Virus record (IMG/VR): IMGVR_UViG_3300037484_000772
Coordinates: 1-49,824 of that record
DNA: 49,824 nt
Origin: a virus
Taxonomy: Duplodnaviria; Caudoviricetes
Direction: 5' to 3' (one strand)
Shown here: positions 25,073 through 33,682 of the stretch, piece after piece
Numbering within the stretch: the stretch's first letter is position 1
Layout of the letters: each line of letters begins with the position of its first letter
Made by a program: the position numbers and the translations under genes
The notes under the pieces: model-generated
What the model was told of the DNA's origin: nothing
What the model saw: only the letters and a program-made list of their open reading frames with translations
Databases searched by the model: none

Positions 25073-26308
25073 CTAGCGCTCTCCAATCCCCGCCCGCGCC
25101 TCAATCCGATCCCGCAGGATCAACCGCACTTCGTCATCCGTCAACCCGCGCCATTTGGATGGCGGCGTTTCCGCTGGTGGTAGCGGCCAATCCCACAACC
25201 CCTGCGATCCGCGCGCCGGGATAGGCGGATCGTAGACCTCGACCACCTCCAAACGCCAGCCGTAGCGGTATGGCGCAAAGTTACCCAGCCTGGACTCGCG
25301 CGACAGCGTGAATTCGGGATCAGCTGTGATGGTTTCAGTGCGCACGACATCCACCAGCCGCGCCAGGCAGACCACTGCCCCGTGCGGCATGTCGGCGGGC
25401 AGCTTGGCCCGCTCGCGCTCGTTGAGCATATCGGGCAGGTCTAGCGCGCCATCGGTTTTACCCGCGTGGATCGCCAGCAGGCCGCGATACCCCGTACCCC
25501 AATCGCGCGTCTCGTACCGCTTGAGTCCGGCGGCGATCAGCGATGCCCAGGGCTGGTGCAGCGTCAGCGCCTTCACCGTCGGTGCGTTTCGCGGCGCGGC
25601 GGGTTTCGTATTCCCCTTCACCACCTGCCACAGCTTCTCGGCACTGCGCTCGCCCGGCGGAATCACAGGCAGCCCCAGCACCCGAAAGTAATCTGCTTCA
25701 GTGGGAGTGCTAACCTCTTCGCCCGTCGCCCGCACGCTCAGATGTCCCTCGTCTTGCCGATACGGGGTATGGCCGTTGATGTAACGCATCAGCCCTTCCC
25801 GGCCAGAGAAGCTTTCCGGCCCCGTCCGAATGGTAAACAGGGGTCCCCACTGCGCCGGGGGAGTGACGATGAAAATGTCCACCTGGATATACGCCAGGCC
25901 ATCATCACCCTGCGCGAAGTCCGCGCCTTTGACGAAGGCGGGGAACTTGTCGACCTGGATTTTCGTCCAGACCTTTTTGTATTTATCGCCCCAGGCCGGA
26001 CGCTCCGCCGCGTGGGGCCGCTCGCGGACCACCTCGCCCGCCGCGACCAGCGTTTCGAGTGTCTTGTCGAGCAGACTCGCCCGCTCGACTTTGGCTGGAG
26101 TCCCGCCGCCGAACATATCCAGCTGCCCGGCGACGGCGTACTCTTCGACTTTCGGCATGGCGACGATCTCAATGTCGCCCACGCTTGCCATGCCGCGCCG
26201 CAGCGACCCGGCGATCTCAATCTGTACGCAGGCCGGGCGCAGCTGCTCGATTAACTCCTGCGCCCGTGCCAGCGCGACGGCACGCTTAAAGCGCTGCCCG
26301 CCGCTCAT
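25073..26308 (-). CDS. Minimal PolX (pol-beta palm/thumb) fused to an ASCH domain
   Basis: IAGSLRRG...VGDIEIV, QVDIF, IRTGP; ASCH KALTLHQPWASLIAAGLKRYETR...YRGLLAIHAG...ARGSQGLW. Confidence 0.85.
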   Translation of the reverse strand: MSGGQRFKRAVALARAQELIEQLRPACVQIEIAGSLRRGMASVGDIEIVAMPKVEEYAVAGQLDMFGGGTPAKVERASLLDKTLETLVAAGEVVRERPHAAERPAWGDKYKKVWTKIQVDKFPAFVKGADFAQGDDGLAYIQVDIFIVTPPAQWGPLFTIRTGPESFSGREGLMRYINGHTPYRQDEGHLSVRATGEEVSTPTEADYFRVLGLPVIPPGERSAEKLWQVVKGNTKPAAPRNAPTVKALTLHQPWASLIAAGLKRYETRDWGTGYRGLLAIHAGKTDGALDLPDMLNERERAKLPADMPHGAVVCLARLVDVVRTETITADPEFTLSRESRLGNFAPYRYGWRLEVVEVYDPPIPARGSQGLWDWPLPPAETPPSKWRGLTDDEVRLILRDRIEARAGIGER

Positions 26309-27210
26309 TTGCGCCCCCATTCACGCGCCAGCACCGAGAGTACCCCGCGCAGCACCCGTGCATCGCCGGGTCGCCCAAACCGATCCAACATCCCGGCCAG
26401 CTTGTGAAGCTGGTCTACGATCCACCGTTTTTCGTCGTTGTCTGACGGCGCAGTAGCAGGCGACTCGTTCCAGCCAGGTATCTCGTCATCCATGTGGCGA
26501 TCCGGCAGGCCGTCGTCGTCGTAGGCTGGCTCTGGTTCCGGCGCTGGCTGGGGCATCGGCTTGGCGCGTTTTTGGGCCGTTTTCTGGATGCGCTTTATAT
26601 CGTATTGACGGCCATCCGCGCCAACTCTCTTTTGGGAAGTTTTGCTCCCCTGTCCTCCCTGACTCGCAACGGTTGCGAGTGAGCGACGAATGTTGTTGAC
26701 GAGCGTGTGGGATACCCTGCAATATTTCGCAATAATCTCACTGCTCAATTGCCCCCATTCGTCATCCTGAAGCATCACCAAAACAGCCCGCCGCTTATCG
26801 TCATTGGTGCGCCGCAGGCCGTGATCGGCGTTCTCGCCCACAGAGAACAACACGGCGTCGCGGCGCGTGCCCTGGCGCACGATGTAATCAAACTCCGTCC
26901 ACCCGATAGATTCTGCCGCCGCCGTGCGGGTAAAGCCCCGTGCCAGCCAGTAATCCGTGCCGTCGTGAAACACCAGGCCGGGCGGGAAGTCGTCGCCGTT
27001 TTGCATATCCTCAGCGTATTCGGCGATGGTATCCTGGTTCAGTTCGGCGCGGGGCTGCGTCCCGCCGTCGCGGCGGATTTTTTTTATTTCCAGCGATACG
27101 GGGCGATCAGGATCGCGCAGGTCCAGTACGTCGCGCAACCGATCCTCGTCGTGAAACTGCGCCCCTACCTCAACAGTGCGCCCCCCTAGTCGTGTCGGGC
27201 GCGCCATCAA
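26305..27210 (-). CDS. parB: ParB/Srx-domain protein with HTH
   Basis: GTQPR, FPPGLVF.DG..YWLARGFTR..A, NADHGL, DKRRAV, HTH IAKYCRVSHTLV; coupled to parA. Confidence 0.75.
   Translation of the reverse strand: MMARPTRLGGRTVEVGAQFHDEDRLRDVLDLRDPDRPVSLEIKKIRRDGGTQPRAELNQDTIAEYAEDMQNGDDFPPGLVFHDGTDYWLARGFTRTAAAESIGWTEFDYIVRQGTRRDAVLFSVGENADHGLRRTNDDKRRAVLVMLQDDEWGQLSSEIIAKYCRVSHTLVNNIRRSLATVASQGGQGSKTSQKRVGADGRQYDIKRIQKTAQKRAKPMPQPAPEPEPAYDDDGLPDRHMDDEIPGWNESPATAPSDNDEKRWIVDQLHKLAGMLDRFGRPGDARVLRGVLSVLAREWGRK
26662..26680. promoter_or_regulatory. Perfect palindrome ACTCGCAAC-G-GTTGCGAGT inside the parB-like gene (candidate binding site)
   Basis: Read directly; encodes SLATVAS immediately after the HTH. 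Confidence 0.55.
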
Positions 27211-27989
27211 AGCACCGCCTGAGTCGCTTTTAAAAAGGACAACACAAACAGGGTTGCCTCATTCACTACGGAGTGGCGGCGCGCCGCGCGAACAAAAATG
27301 CTCATACCAGACTCGGCGGCATCTTCCCACGCGACGCACTTAGGGATCGGCGACCAAACCAGATCGGGATACTCGGAGGTTAATTCGGCGAGATTATCCT
27401 TGCATACCACCTGCTGCGGATAGTGCATAGTCGGCTGAATGCCGAGCACGGGCAGCGCAAGTTGATCATGCACCGCCTCGATGCGCCCCATCGTTTTATG
27501 CACGCCATTCACACTCAGCCGTGCCGTTTGAGTGGGGATAATCGCGCCGTCGGATGCCGCAAACACGTTCGCCATCATTTCGGTCACAGTGGGGGATGTA
27601 TCCAGAATCACGTAGTCAATGCTGTGCGCTAAAGGGGCCAGCCCATTCTTGAGTTTGTTGGCGGTGGTTTTTTCAATAGCCAGCGTTAACCCCGCCGTTG
27701 TGGTGCGCGAATTTCCCGGCAGAATCGCCAGCACGCCGGATGACAGATCGGGCCACCAACGCTCCTGGGGCACGAGGCGCAAAAGCTCGGCAATCGGGCG
27801 CTCTTTGATCAGCAGATCAAAAACCCCGCTCTCTTCAGACATCCCAAACCATCCCGCAACATTGCCCTGCGGATCGGTATCCACCAGCACTACCTTTTTA
27901 CCCGTCGCGGCCAGACCTGCCGCCAACGTTATTGCCAGCGTCGTCTTGCCCACGCCGCCCTTGCTGTTCACTATTGCAATGGTTTTCAT
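27207..27989 (-). CDS. parA: ParA/Soj ATPase
   Basis: Deviant Walker A KGGVGKTT, DTDPQGN, ILDTSP. Confidence 0.93.
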   Translation of the reverse strand: MKTIAIVNSKGGVGKTTLAITLAAGLAATGKKVVLVDTDPQGNVAGWFGMSEESGVFDLLIKERPIAELLRLVPQERWWPDLSSGVLAILPGNSRTTTAGLTLAIEKTTANKLKNGLAPLAHSIDYVILDTSPTVTEMMANVFAASDGAIIPTQTARLSVNGVHKTMGRIEAVHDQLALPVLGIQPTMHYPQQVVCKDNLAELTSEYPDLVWSPIPKCVAWEDAAESGMSIFVRAARRHSVVNEATLFVLSFLKATQAVL

Positions 27990-28816
27990 GATTTTTCATC
28001 CCTTTTCCATATTTGCACTTCCACGCCAAGCCGCTGAGCGCAATCAATAATCTCTTCGATCTTGCCGTCTTTCGGCGGCTTGCCGAGTACAACAGCCTTC
28101 AGGTTAGGGTTGATCGCCTGGCGGTAAATCAAAACCTGACCAATAGCTTCAAATAACCGGCTTCGCGTCAGGGTGAATTTAATCTCGTAAACAGCCTCTT
28201 CGGTCACGACATCGGCAATGCCAGATTCGCATTGTATTTGGCGCTGTACCTTGTGTCCCTGTTTTCGCAGTTGTCGAGCCAGCGCGACCTCAATGCCCCT
28301 CTCTGTCTTTATCTCCCTCTGTTTTCTGTTTTGCTGGAAGAAAAAGCTGGAGATTTTCTTTTTATATGCCCTTAGTGGATCGCCTGCGTAGAGCGTATGG
28401 AATACCCAACCGTACCGGGGATGTTTATCAATCAGAGCAACAGCGCCACGATCCATGCAATGCGCCTCAATAATCTCAGCTGCCGCCTTTCCGTGTTCGT
28501 CTTTCCCTAAAAGGTTCATGTCTATAAAGATGCTGTAGGGGCGAAGCCCCTCCGTCAGACCCGTTAAATAAACCTGCGCCCATTCTTTAACCACATCTTG
28601 ATCGAGTGCAGCGGGTGACAGGTCTCTATTGAGGCGGTCAAGCGGAACGCACGCCATGAGCGTAGCTTCGGGATTCTGTTCAGCAAAACGAGCCACAGCG
28701 GGTGAATCACTGAAGACCTCCAGGGCGCTATACCACCAATTATCAGGCAAATGGTGCTCGAAGGCGTAGCGATGTCGATAATTCCCATTGGACAGTCTCT
28801 CGACATTTTTTATCAT
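27986..28816 (-). CDS. Hypothetical protein with a C-terminal PD-(D/E)XK nuclease-like domain
   Basis: E...L...G.KVQRQ.....GIADVV.....YEIK...AIGQVLIY; visibly lower GC than its neighbours. Confidence 0.6.
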   Translation of the reverse strand: MIKNVERLSNGNYRHRYAFEHHLPDNWWYSALEVFSDSPAVARFAEQNPEATLMACVPLDRLNRDLSPAALDQDVVKEWAQVYLTGLTEGLRPYSIFIDMNLLGKDEHGKAAAEIIEAHCMDRGAVALIDKHPRYGWVFHTLYAGDPLRAYKKKISSFFFQQNRKQREIKTERGIEVALARQLRKQGHKVQRQIQCESGIADVVTEEAVYEIKFTLTRSRLFEAIGQVLIYRQAINPNLKAVVLGKPPKDGKIEEIIDCAQRLGVEVQIWKRDEKS

Positions 28817-28899
28817 CTCGGTTACACTCCCTCTTGTTCAGTTCCGAGGCCAGAACTGCCAGGATAAACCCGGCGACTGGCCTCGTGCCTTTTAAGCAT

Positions 28900-29244
28900 T
28901 CATTTGTTCCGCAGTATCTCAAGGGCCAGAATAGACAGATTCCGCGCTAACGATTCGGAATCGTCCTCTCGGTATGCATGATGACCCCAATAGGTCAGGT
29001 CGTGCTCATGGAGAGCGATGTTGTCATTTCCGATAACGAGTTCGCAGCCCTGCGGTTTTACTGACAGCACCAGAAACAGCGCAGCGTTAACATCTGTAGG
29101 CCATTCAGGGACAGGGTGCAGTTCACCGTCTTTCATCGCATACCATAGATCGGACAATGCGCTGCGGTGAAAGTCTTTATAACCAAGACGAGCCGCGATC
29201 TCACGCTGTATTTTTTCGTCGAGCGTTGTGCTGTTGTCGTCCAT
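28900..29244 (-). CDS. Hypothetical phage protein
   Basis: GAGG RBS; EIAARLG...WPTDVNAA pattern common in small phage proteins. Confidence 0.6.
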   Translation of the reverse strand: MDDNSTTLDEKIQREIAARLGYKDFHRSALSDLWYAMKDGELHPVPEWPTDVNAALFLVLSVKPQGCELVIGNDNIALHEHDLTYWGHHAYREDDSESLARNLSILALEILRNK

Positions 29245-29260
29245 CGTTCCTCTGCCTCTT

Positions 29261-29458
29261 TTATTTCAATGCCGATCTTCCCCGCGCCCACCGGCACACC
29301 GCCAGCCGCTCGGCGACCCACGCCGCCGAAAACCCGCGCTGCCACCACTCCGGCAGCGCCCGCGTGATCCACGTCGGGGCGTCAGCCAATCCGCGCCCGG
29401 TGTAATCTTCGAGCCGGGCCGATACCACGCCCGTCCAGAGGTCATACGCCGCGCCCAT
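29261..29458 (-). CDS. Hypothetical protein
   Basis: ATG 1 nt after the upstream stop. Confidence 0.45.
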   Translation of the reverse strand: MGAAYDLWTGVVSARLEDYTGRGLADAPTWITRALPEWWQRGFSAAWVAERLAVCRWARGRSALK

Positions 29459-29459
29459 C

Positions 29460-29981
29460 TTATTTAACTTCCTCGAATACCGCCTCGATCACGTCATCCA
29501 GTTTCGGCGACGGCAGCGCCAACTGCTGCGCGGACTTGATCATCTGCCACACGGCCATCGGCCCAGCCTGCGTGGGCGCGATCATGTAGGGGATAAACGC
29601 CGGCAGTTCGGGGTGAAAGTGCCGCCGCTCCAACTCGAAGCGGATTTCGTTCAGCAGGTGATAAAGCGCCTGCCGCTCGGCCTGCTTGCGGGCCGACTCC
29701 GTGCGCGTCCGCGTGGGGAGCGCCACCTGCACGATCTCAACAGGCACGCCGGACCAGGTGAAGCGCAGTTGGTACGCGGCGCGATCATCCACCTTGCCGC
29801 GCGTCATGCCGATTTCCGCCGCGCCGTTTTCGGCCAGCAAATCAATGATTTGCGCCTGATAGGTTCCGGGCGTCTGCTCCGACCTGTACCCGGCCAGCGC
29901 GTCCTCAAGAAACGCCTGTTTGATCTCAATAGCCTTGTACCCAATGCCGCCGGGCGGCCCGTCTGGTATAAAACTGCTCAC
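29460..29981 (-). CDS. Hypothetical phage protein
   Basis: Operon-coupled; AERQA...FIPYM motif. Confidence 0.6.
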   Translation of the reverse strand: MSSFIPDGPPGGIGYKAIEIKQAFLEDALAGYRSEQTPGTYQAQIIDLLAENGAAEIGMTRGKVDDRAAYQLRFTWSGVPVEIVQVALPTRTRTESARKQAERQALYHLLNEIRFELERRHFHPELPAFIPYMIAPTQAGPMAVWQMIKSAQQLALPSPKLDDVIEAVFEEVK

Positions 29982-29984
29982 GAC

Positions 29985-30335
29985 TTATTCCTTTCGCTCA
30001 ACAACCCAGTTAATCGCCAACTGCGCGACCATCTCGGCCCACTCGCCGGGATCGTAATACCAGAAGTCTTCGCGCCGTTTGTTTTCGTCACGGTCCTTTT
30101 CGTAAAACGTGAGCTTGCCCTCGGCGTGCAGGCGAATGATCTGCTGCTCAATCAGGCGCTCGGAGTAACGCGGCAGGGCAGGTGTACTGCCAAAGTCGGG
30201 CATATATTCGACTTTGACCCGCTTGCGTTTTTCACCAACGCGCCGCCAGACCACCGCGCGAAAGTGGTAATGGCATTGGGAATCCACATAACAATCAGCA
30301 GAAACCCGGCAGCCCACATACATGCGCTCACTCAT
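29985..30335 (-). CDS. Hypothetical protein, paralogue of 30576-30935
   Basis: Shared C.VDS...YHFRA, KVEY.P.FG, PRY.ER.IEQQ.IRLH, DRD.N.R.EDF.YYD..EW. Confidence 0.7.
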   Translation of the reverse strand: MSERMYVGCRVSADCYVDSQCHYHFRAVVWRRVGEKRKRVKVEYMPDFGSTPALPRYSERLIEQQIIRLHAEGKLTFYEKDRDENKRREDFWYYDPGEWAEMVAQLAINWVVERKE

Positions 30336-30579
30336 TTTCGCTGCCCTGTTCAGCGCTCATGACGGCACTCGCGTGATCCGCAGCCTTCGCGGGCTTGATC
30401 ACCTCGCCATCCCGCGTGATCAACCCCGCTTCCAGCGCGGCGCGCGCCTGCCGTACACGCTCGAAGTCCAGCGGCGTAAATCCCCACTCGCCGAAATGCG
30501 AGAGCGCCTCCAGCACAAATTCTGCCACGTCGCGGCGCAGCATGAGCCACTCGTCAGCCTGAGCACCGGGAGTCGTCAT
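30328..30579 (-). CDS. Hypothetical protein
   Basis: Overlap-coupled on both sides. Confidence 0.55.
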   Translation of the reverse strand: MTTPGAQADEWLMLRRDVAEFVLEALSHFGEWGFTPLDFERVRQARAALEAGLITRDGEVIKPAKAADHASAVMSAEQGSENE

Positions 30580-30935
30580 TCGTCGCCGTCCCGGTTATCC
30601 ATCCACGCCACGATCCCGCCCCACTCCTCGGCATCGTAGTAGCGAAAGTCCTCGTATCGCTCGTTGCCGTCGCGGTCCTGCTCGAAAAACTTGATCTCGC
30701 TCGCATCATGCAGCCGGATCACCTGCTGCTCGATCTCGCGCTCCACGTAGCGCGGCATTTGCGGTACACACCCGAAACCCGGCTGATACTCCACCTTCAT
30801 CCGGCGGACAAACCGCCCGCCCCGGTGCTGGATAACTTGCGCGCGAAAGTGATAGTTCCGCAGGGAGTCGACCCAACAGCCGACGAAGACCCGGACGCTG
30901 TGATACTGGCGCGTCGGCGTGGTCAATCCTCCCAT
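30576..30935 (-). CDS. Hypothetical protein, paralogue of 29985-30335 (start uncertain)
   Basis: Same motifs as its paralogue. Confidence 0.7.
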   Translation of the reverse strand: MGGLTTPTRQYHSVRVFVGCWVDSLRNYHFRAQVIQHRGGRFVRRMKVEYQPGFGCVPQMPRYVEREIEQQVIRLHDASEIKFFEQDRDGNERYEDFRYYDAEEWGGIVAWMDNRDGDE

Positions 30936-31468
30936 CCTCCGTCCTCAAAATCCTCATAAGGCTGGCTATCATACTGGACCCAATCGTGCAGACGGGACGG
31001 CAGATCGGCGATCCCTTCGCAGGGCGGGCGCAGCCAGGCGTAGCGCACGCCCGACGGGTGCAGCGAACCGGGCAGCAGCGCATAATGCGACAGGAGGTTG
31101 CCGCAGATGTACTGTCCCAGGTGATGTTCGCCAACCCACACCTCGCCCGCCTCGCCGTGATTGGTCCTGCGGCGGAAATACAGATGCAGGCCGCGCGCGG
31201 TCCGGACGGCCATCGTGGGCGGCAGAATCATTTGCTCCGACAACACGGTTAGCGCGTCCGGCGTGTCCAGGTCCAACACGCACAAATCGGACGGGTTGAG
31301 ATGCACCGCCGCATTGATCCGGCGGCCATGCTTTTCCTGGGCGGCGCGCCATTGGCCGAAGGTATCAATAAGGTCCAGATCGATCCACTCCTTCGATTGC
31401 GGGCGGACGGCGGTCAAAATCAACCCATAATCCAGGGCCGTCTTTACGTTCAGATCAAGGATGTTCAT
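30923..31468 (-). CDS. Stand-alone bifunctional primase/polymerase (prim-pol) domain
   Basis: LCVLDLD, VRTARGLHLYF, YALLPGSLHPSGVRYAW. Confidence 0.85.
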   Translation of the reverse strand: MNILDLNVKTALDYGLILTAVRPQSKEWIDLDLIDTFGQWRAAQEKHGRRINAAVHLNPSDLCVLDLDTPDALTVLSEQMILPPTMAVRTARGLHLYFRRRTNHGEAGEVWVGEHHLGQYICGNLLSHYALLPGSLHPSGVRYAWLRPPCEGIADLPSRLHDWVQYDSQPYEDFEDGGWED

Positions 31469-32544
31469 CAGAGCAGCTCCTCCGTCGCGGCGGATTTTTC
31501 CGCCTCGAATTCAGCCATCTTTTTGATGACGGCCAGCGTCGCCCGCGCATCGGTGCAGGCGTCGTGTTCTTTCGTGCCGAAGTCTTCATGCTTCAGACCA
31601 AACGCGGCCAGCGCCTCGCGCAGCTTCTTCCAGCGATAGTTCCCGTGATAATCGTTCCACTCGCCATTGAACTGCGCGTACATCTCCATCGCGCAGTCGC
31701 CGTCGGCCCAAAGAAATTCGGGCAATTGATGTTGACGGCACACCTGATTGATCATACGGCTGTCGTATTCCAGGTTGTGGGCAACTCGCTTTTTTCCGTC
31801 CAGCACGATTTTGATCTGACCGTGCACTTCCGCGAAGCCCGGCGCGTTGATCAGCATCTCGTCCGTGATGCCGTGATACTCCGAGTTCGGCACGGGCTTG
31901 GTGGGCTTGATTAACCTTTCGAGCACCACCTCGCCCGCCTGGTTGACGATCCCGATCTGGACGATCTCGTCGTCTGACTCAAAGCCCGTCGTCTCGGTGT
32001 CGAAGACGACGAATTCACCCTTGAGCAGATCGCGCGCCCACTGTGCGGCGGCGCGCTTGGCGGCCAGGCGTTTCTCACGATCCGAATCGATACGCTTAAA
32101 ATACGCGGAGGTTGTCGTCTTCTTTTCGGATTCGCTTTCCGGTTCGTCTTTGACATCCGGCGTATCACCGAAAAATGGCACATCCGATTCGTCTTCCTCA
32201 TCGTCGTAGTTGTCAGTGCCGTAGTCGTGGTCGTTATCGTCACCGCCCAGCGCCGTCGCGGGCAGCAGATCGCGCATGGCCTGGCTGAGTTTCCACTCAC
32301 TGACCGCCTCTACTTCGAGCCGCTCGGCCATCAACAGTGCGATCTTTTCGTCCACTGGCGTCATCGAATAGATCGCGCCGGGACCGTAGAAGCGCGTGAA
32401 GCCGTCGCGCTTGGTGGTCTTGGGTACGTCTACGCGCACGAACGTCGCGCCGCCGATAGTCTGCTCGGTCACTTTCCCGGCGATCTGGTTGTGCCCGAAC
32501 AGTTCGACCACGCACCACATGTCAAATTTGTTGTTATCAGTCAT
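31468..32544 (-). CDS. DEDDh 3'-5' exonuclease (DnaQ-like) with an N-terminal small phage domain and acidic linker
   Basis: VFDTETTG, AHNLEYD, HDACTDA; N-terminal WCVVELFGH...FVRVDVP...AIYSMTP domain. Confidence 0.88.
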   Translation of the reverse strand: MTDNNKFDMWCVVELFGHNQIAGKVTEQTIGGATFVRVDVPKTTKRDGFTRFYGPGAIYSMTPVDEKIALLMAERLEVEAVSEWKLSQAMRDLLPATALGGDDNDHDYGTDNYDDEEDESDVPFFGDTPDVKDEPESESEKKTTTSAYFKRIDSDREKRLAAKRAAAQWARDLLKGEFVVFDTETTGFESDDEIVQIGIVNQAGEVVLERLIKPTKPVPNSEYHGITDEMLINAPGFAEVHGQIKIVLDGKKRVAHNLEYDSRMINQVCRQHQLPEFLWADGDCAMEMYAQFNGEWNDYHGNYRWKKLREALAAFGLKHEDFGTKEHDACTDARATLAVIKKMAEFEAEKSAATEELL

Positions 32545-32828
32545 CAGTCCTTTTTCTCCTTAATCTCAACGTCATAAGCCGGATTCCACCCGTGCCGGAT
32601 CAAGGCCCGCGCTTCCGGGTGACGGCCAATAATGGGATCGGAAAATTGATCCGCGTATCGCTTGACGGCGTTTTTCATCAGGCGGCCCAGGCCGGGATGA
32701 CGGTGCGCCAGTTGCAAAACGCCAATCAGTATCCAGGCGTCTTTGATGCTGATCGTCACCGTGATCGGCGCTTCGTCGCTCATCACCGCCGCCGCGATAA
32801 CCGCGTATTGTTCCTCGGATAGAGTCAC
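32544..32828 (-). CDS. Hypothetical protein
   Basis: Coupled ORF; LQLAHRHP motif. Confidence 0.55.
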   Translation of the reverse strand: MTLSEEQYAVIAAAVMSDEAPITVTISIKDAWILIGVLQLAHRHPGLGRLMKNAVKRYADQFSDPIIGRHPEARALIRHGWNPAYDVEIKEKKD

Positions 32829-33682
32829 TGTTTGTCTTCTTTCCTAAACACCAGCACGTCTTCAATATCCACAATCGGCAACCCTTTTTCCCGGCGTCGG
32901 CGCTGCCACAGCGACGGATTGTCAATACAACGCGCATGACGGGCTTCGAGAGTCAGCCCCTGCACGCGCACTTCGACGACGGTTTGATCAACGATGTTGA
33001 TCAGTTTTCCACGCCGATAGTGGTTTTTCAGGACAACGATCATCCGCCCGCCGGCGGGCATGAGTTCAATCAGTCGGGCGTAGATCGCCCGCATGTCCGC
33101 CCAATAGTTGCGCCCAGATTTGTTTCCTGTGTTGCCCTGGCCGCCAATGTACCTGAAACCCGCCGCGAAGCTGGCGTGGTTGGGCGCTTCAATATACCGC
33201 TTCCACCGCTTCCCGTATTTTTTGTCTGACTCGAATATCCGGGCACGCCGTTCGTTCGTCATTCCATTCCCCGTTTCAAACCCGTAGGGCGGGCTGAAAA
33301 TGATATGAGAAAACGGCGGGCAGATCAGCGTTTTGGCATCGGCCTGATCAATATCAATCAGCCCAGCAAACAAACCTGCCGCCCGATGCACGCCCGGCGC
33401 GCTGGCTTGCATCATAGCAACGTACTCCGGCTGAATATCGCGCAAAATGACGTTACGCTGCTGCGTGGCCGCGAGCATCAAACTCCCCGTCCCCGCCATC
33501 GGATCAAGCAAGGTATCGCCGGGCGCGGTGTAGAGATCAATCAGGCGTTGCAGCAGCCCCAGATGCAACTTGGCCGGATGGGAGAAGACATCGGGCACAA
33601 ACAACCGTCGTCGAACGGGCGTATCAACCGGAAACACCCAGGAAGAGTCCAATGTGGGCGGCGCTAAGGTGGCAATCATCAC
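32825..33682 (-). CDS. DNA methyltransferase (SPPY type, probably N4-cytosine)
   Basis: HPAK, LDPMAGTGS, FSPPY. Confidence 0.85.
   Translation of the reverse strand: MMIATLAPPTLDSSWVFPVDTPVRRRLFVPDVFSHPAKLHLGLLQRLIDLYTAPGDTLLDPMAGTGSLMLAATQQRNVILRDIQPEYVAMMQASAPGVHRAAGLFAGLIDIDQADAKTLICPPFSHIIFSPPYGFETGNGMTNERRARIFESDKKYGKRWKRYIEAPNHASFAAGFRYIGGQGNTGNKSGRNYWADMRAIYARLIELMPAGGRMIVVLKNHYRRGKLINIVDQTVVEVRVQGLTLEARHARCIDNPSLWQRRRREKGLPIVDIEDVLVFRKEDKQ

Noticed and set aside
31754-31770. Fifth copy of the dispersed palindrome (ATACGGC-TGTCGTATT)
   Set aside because: Only one half-site matches and the spacing is wrong.
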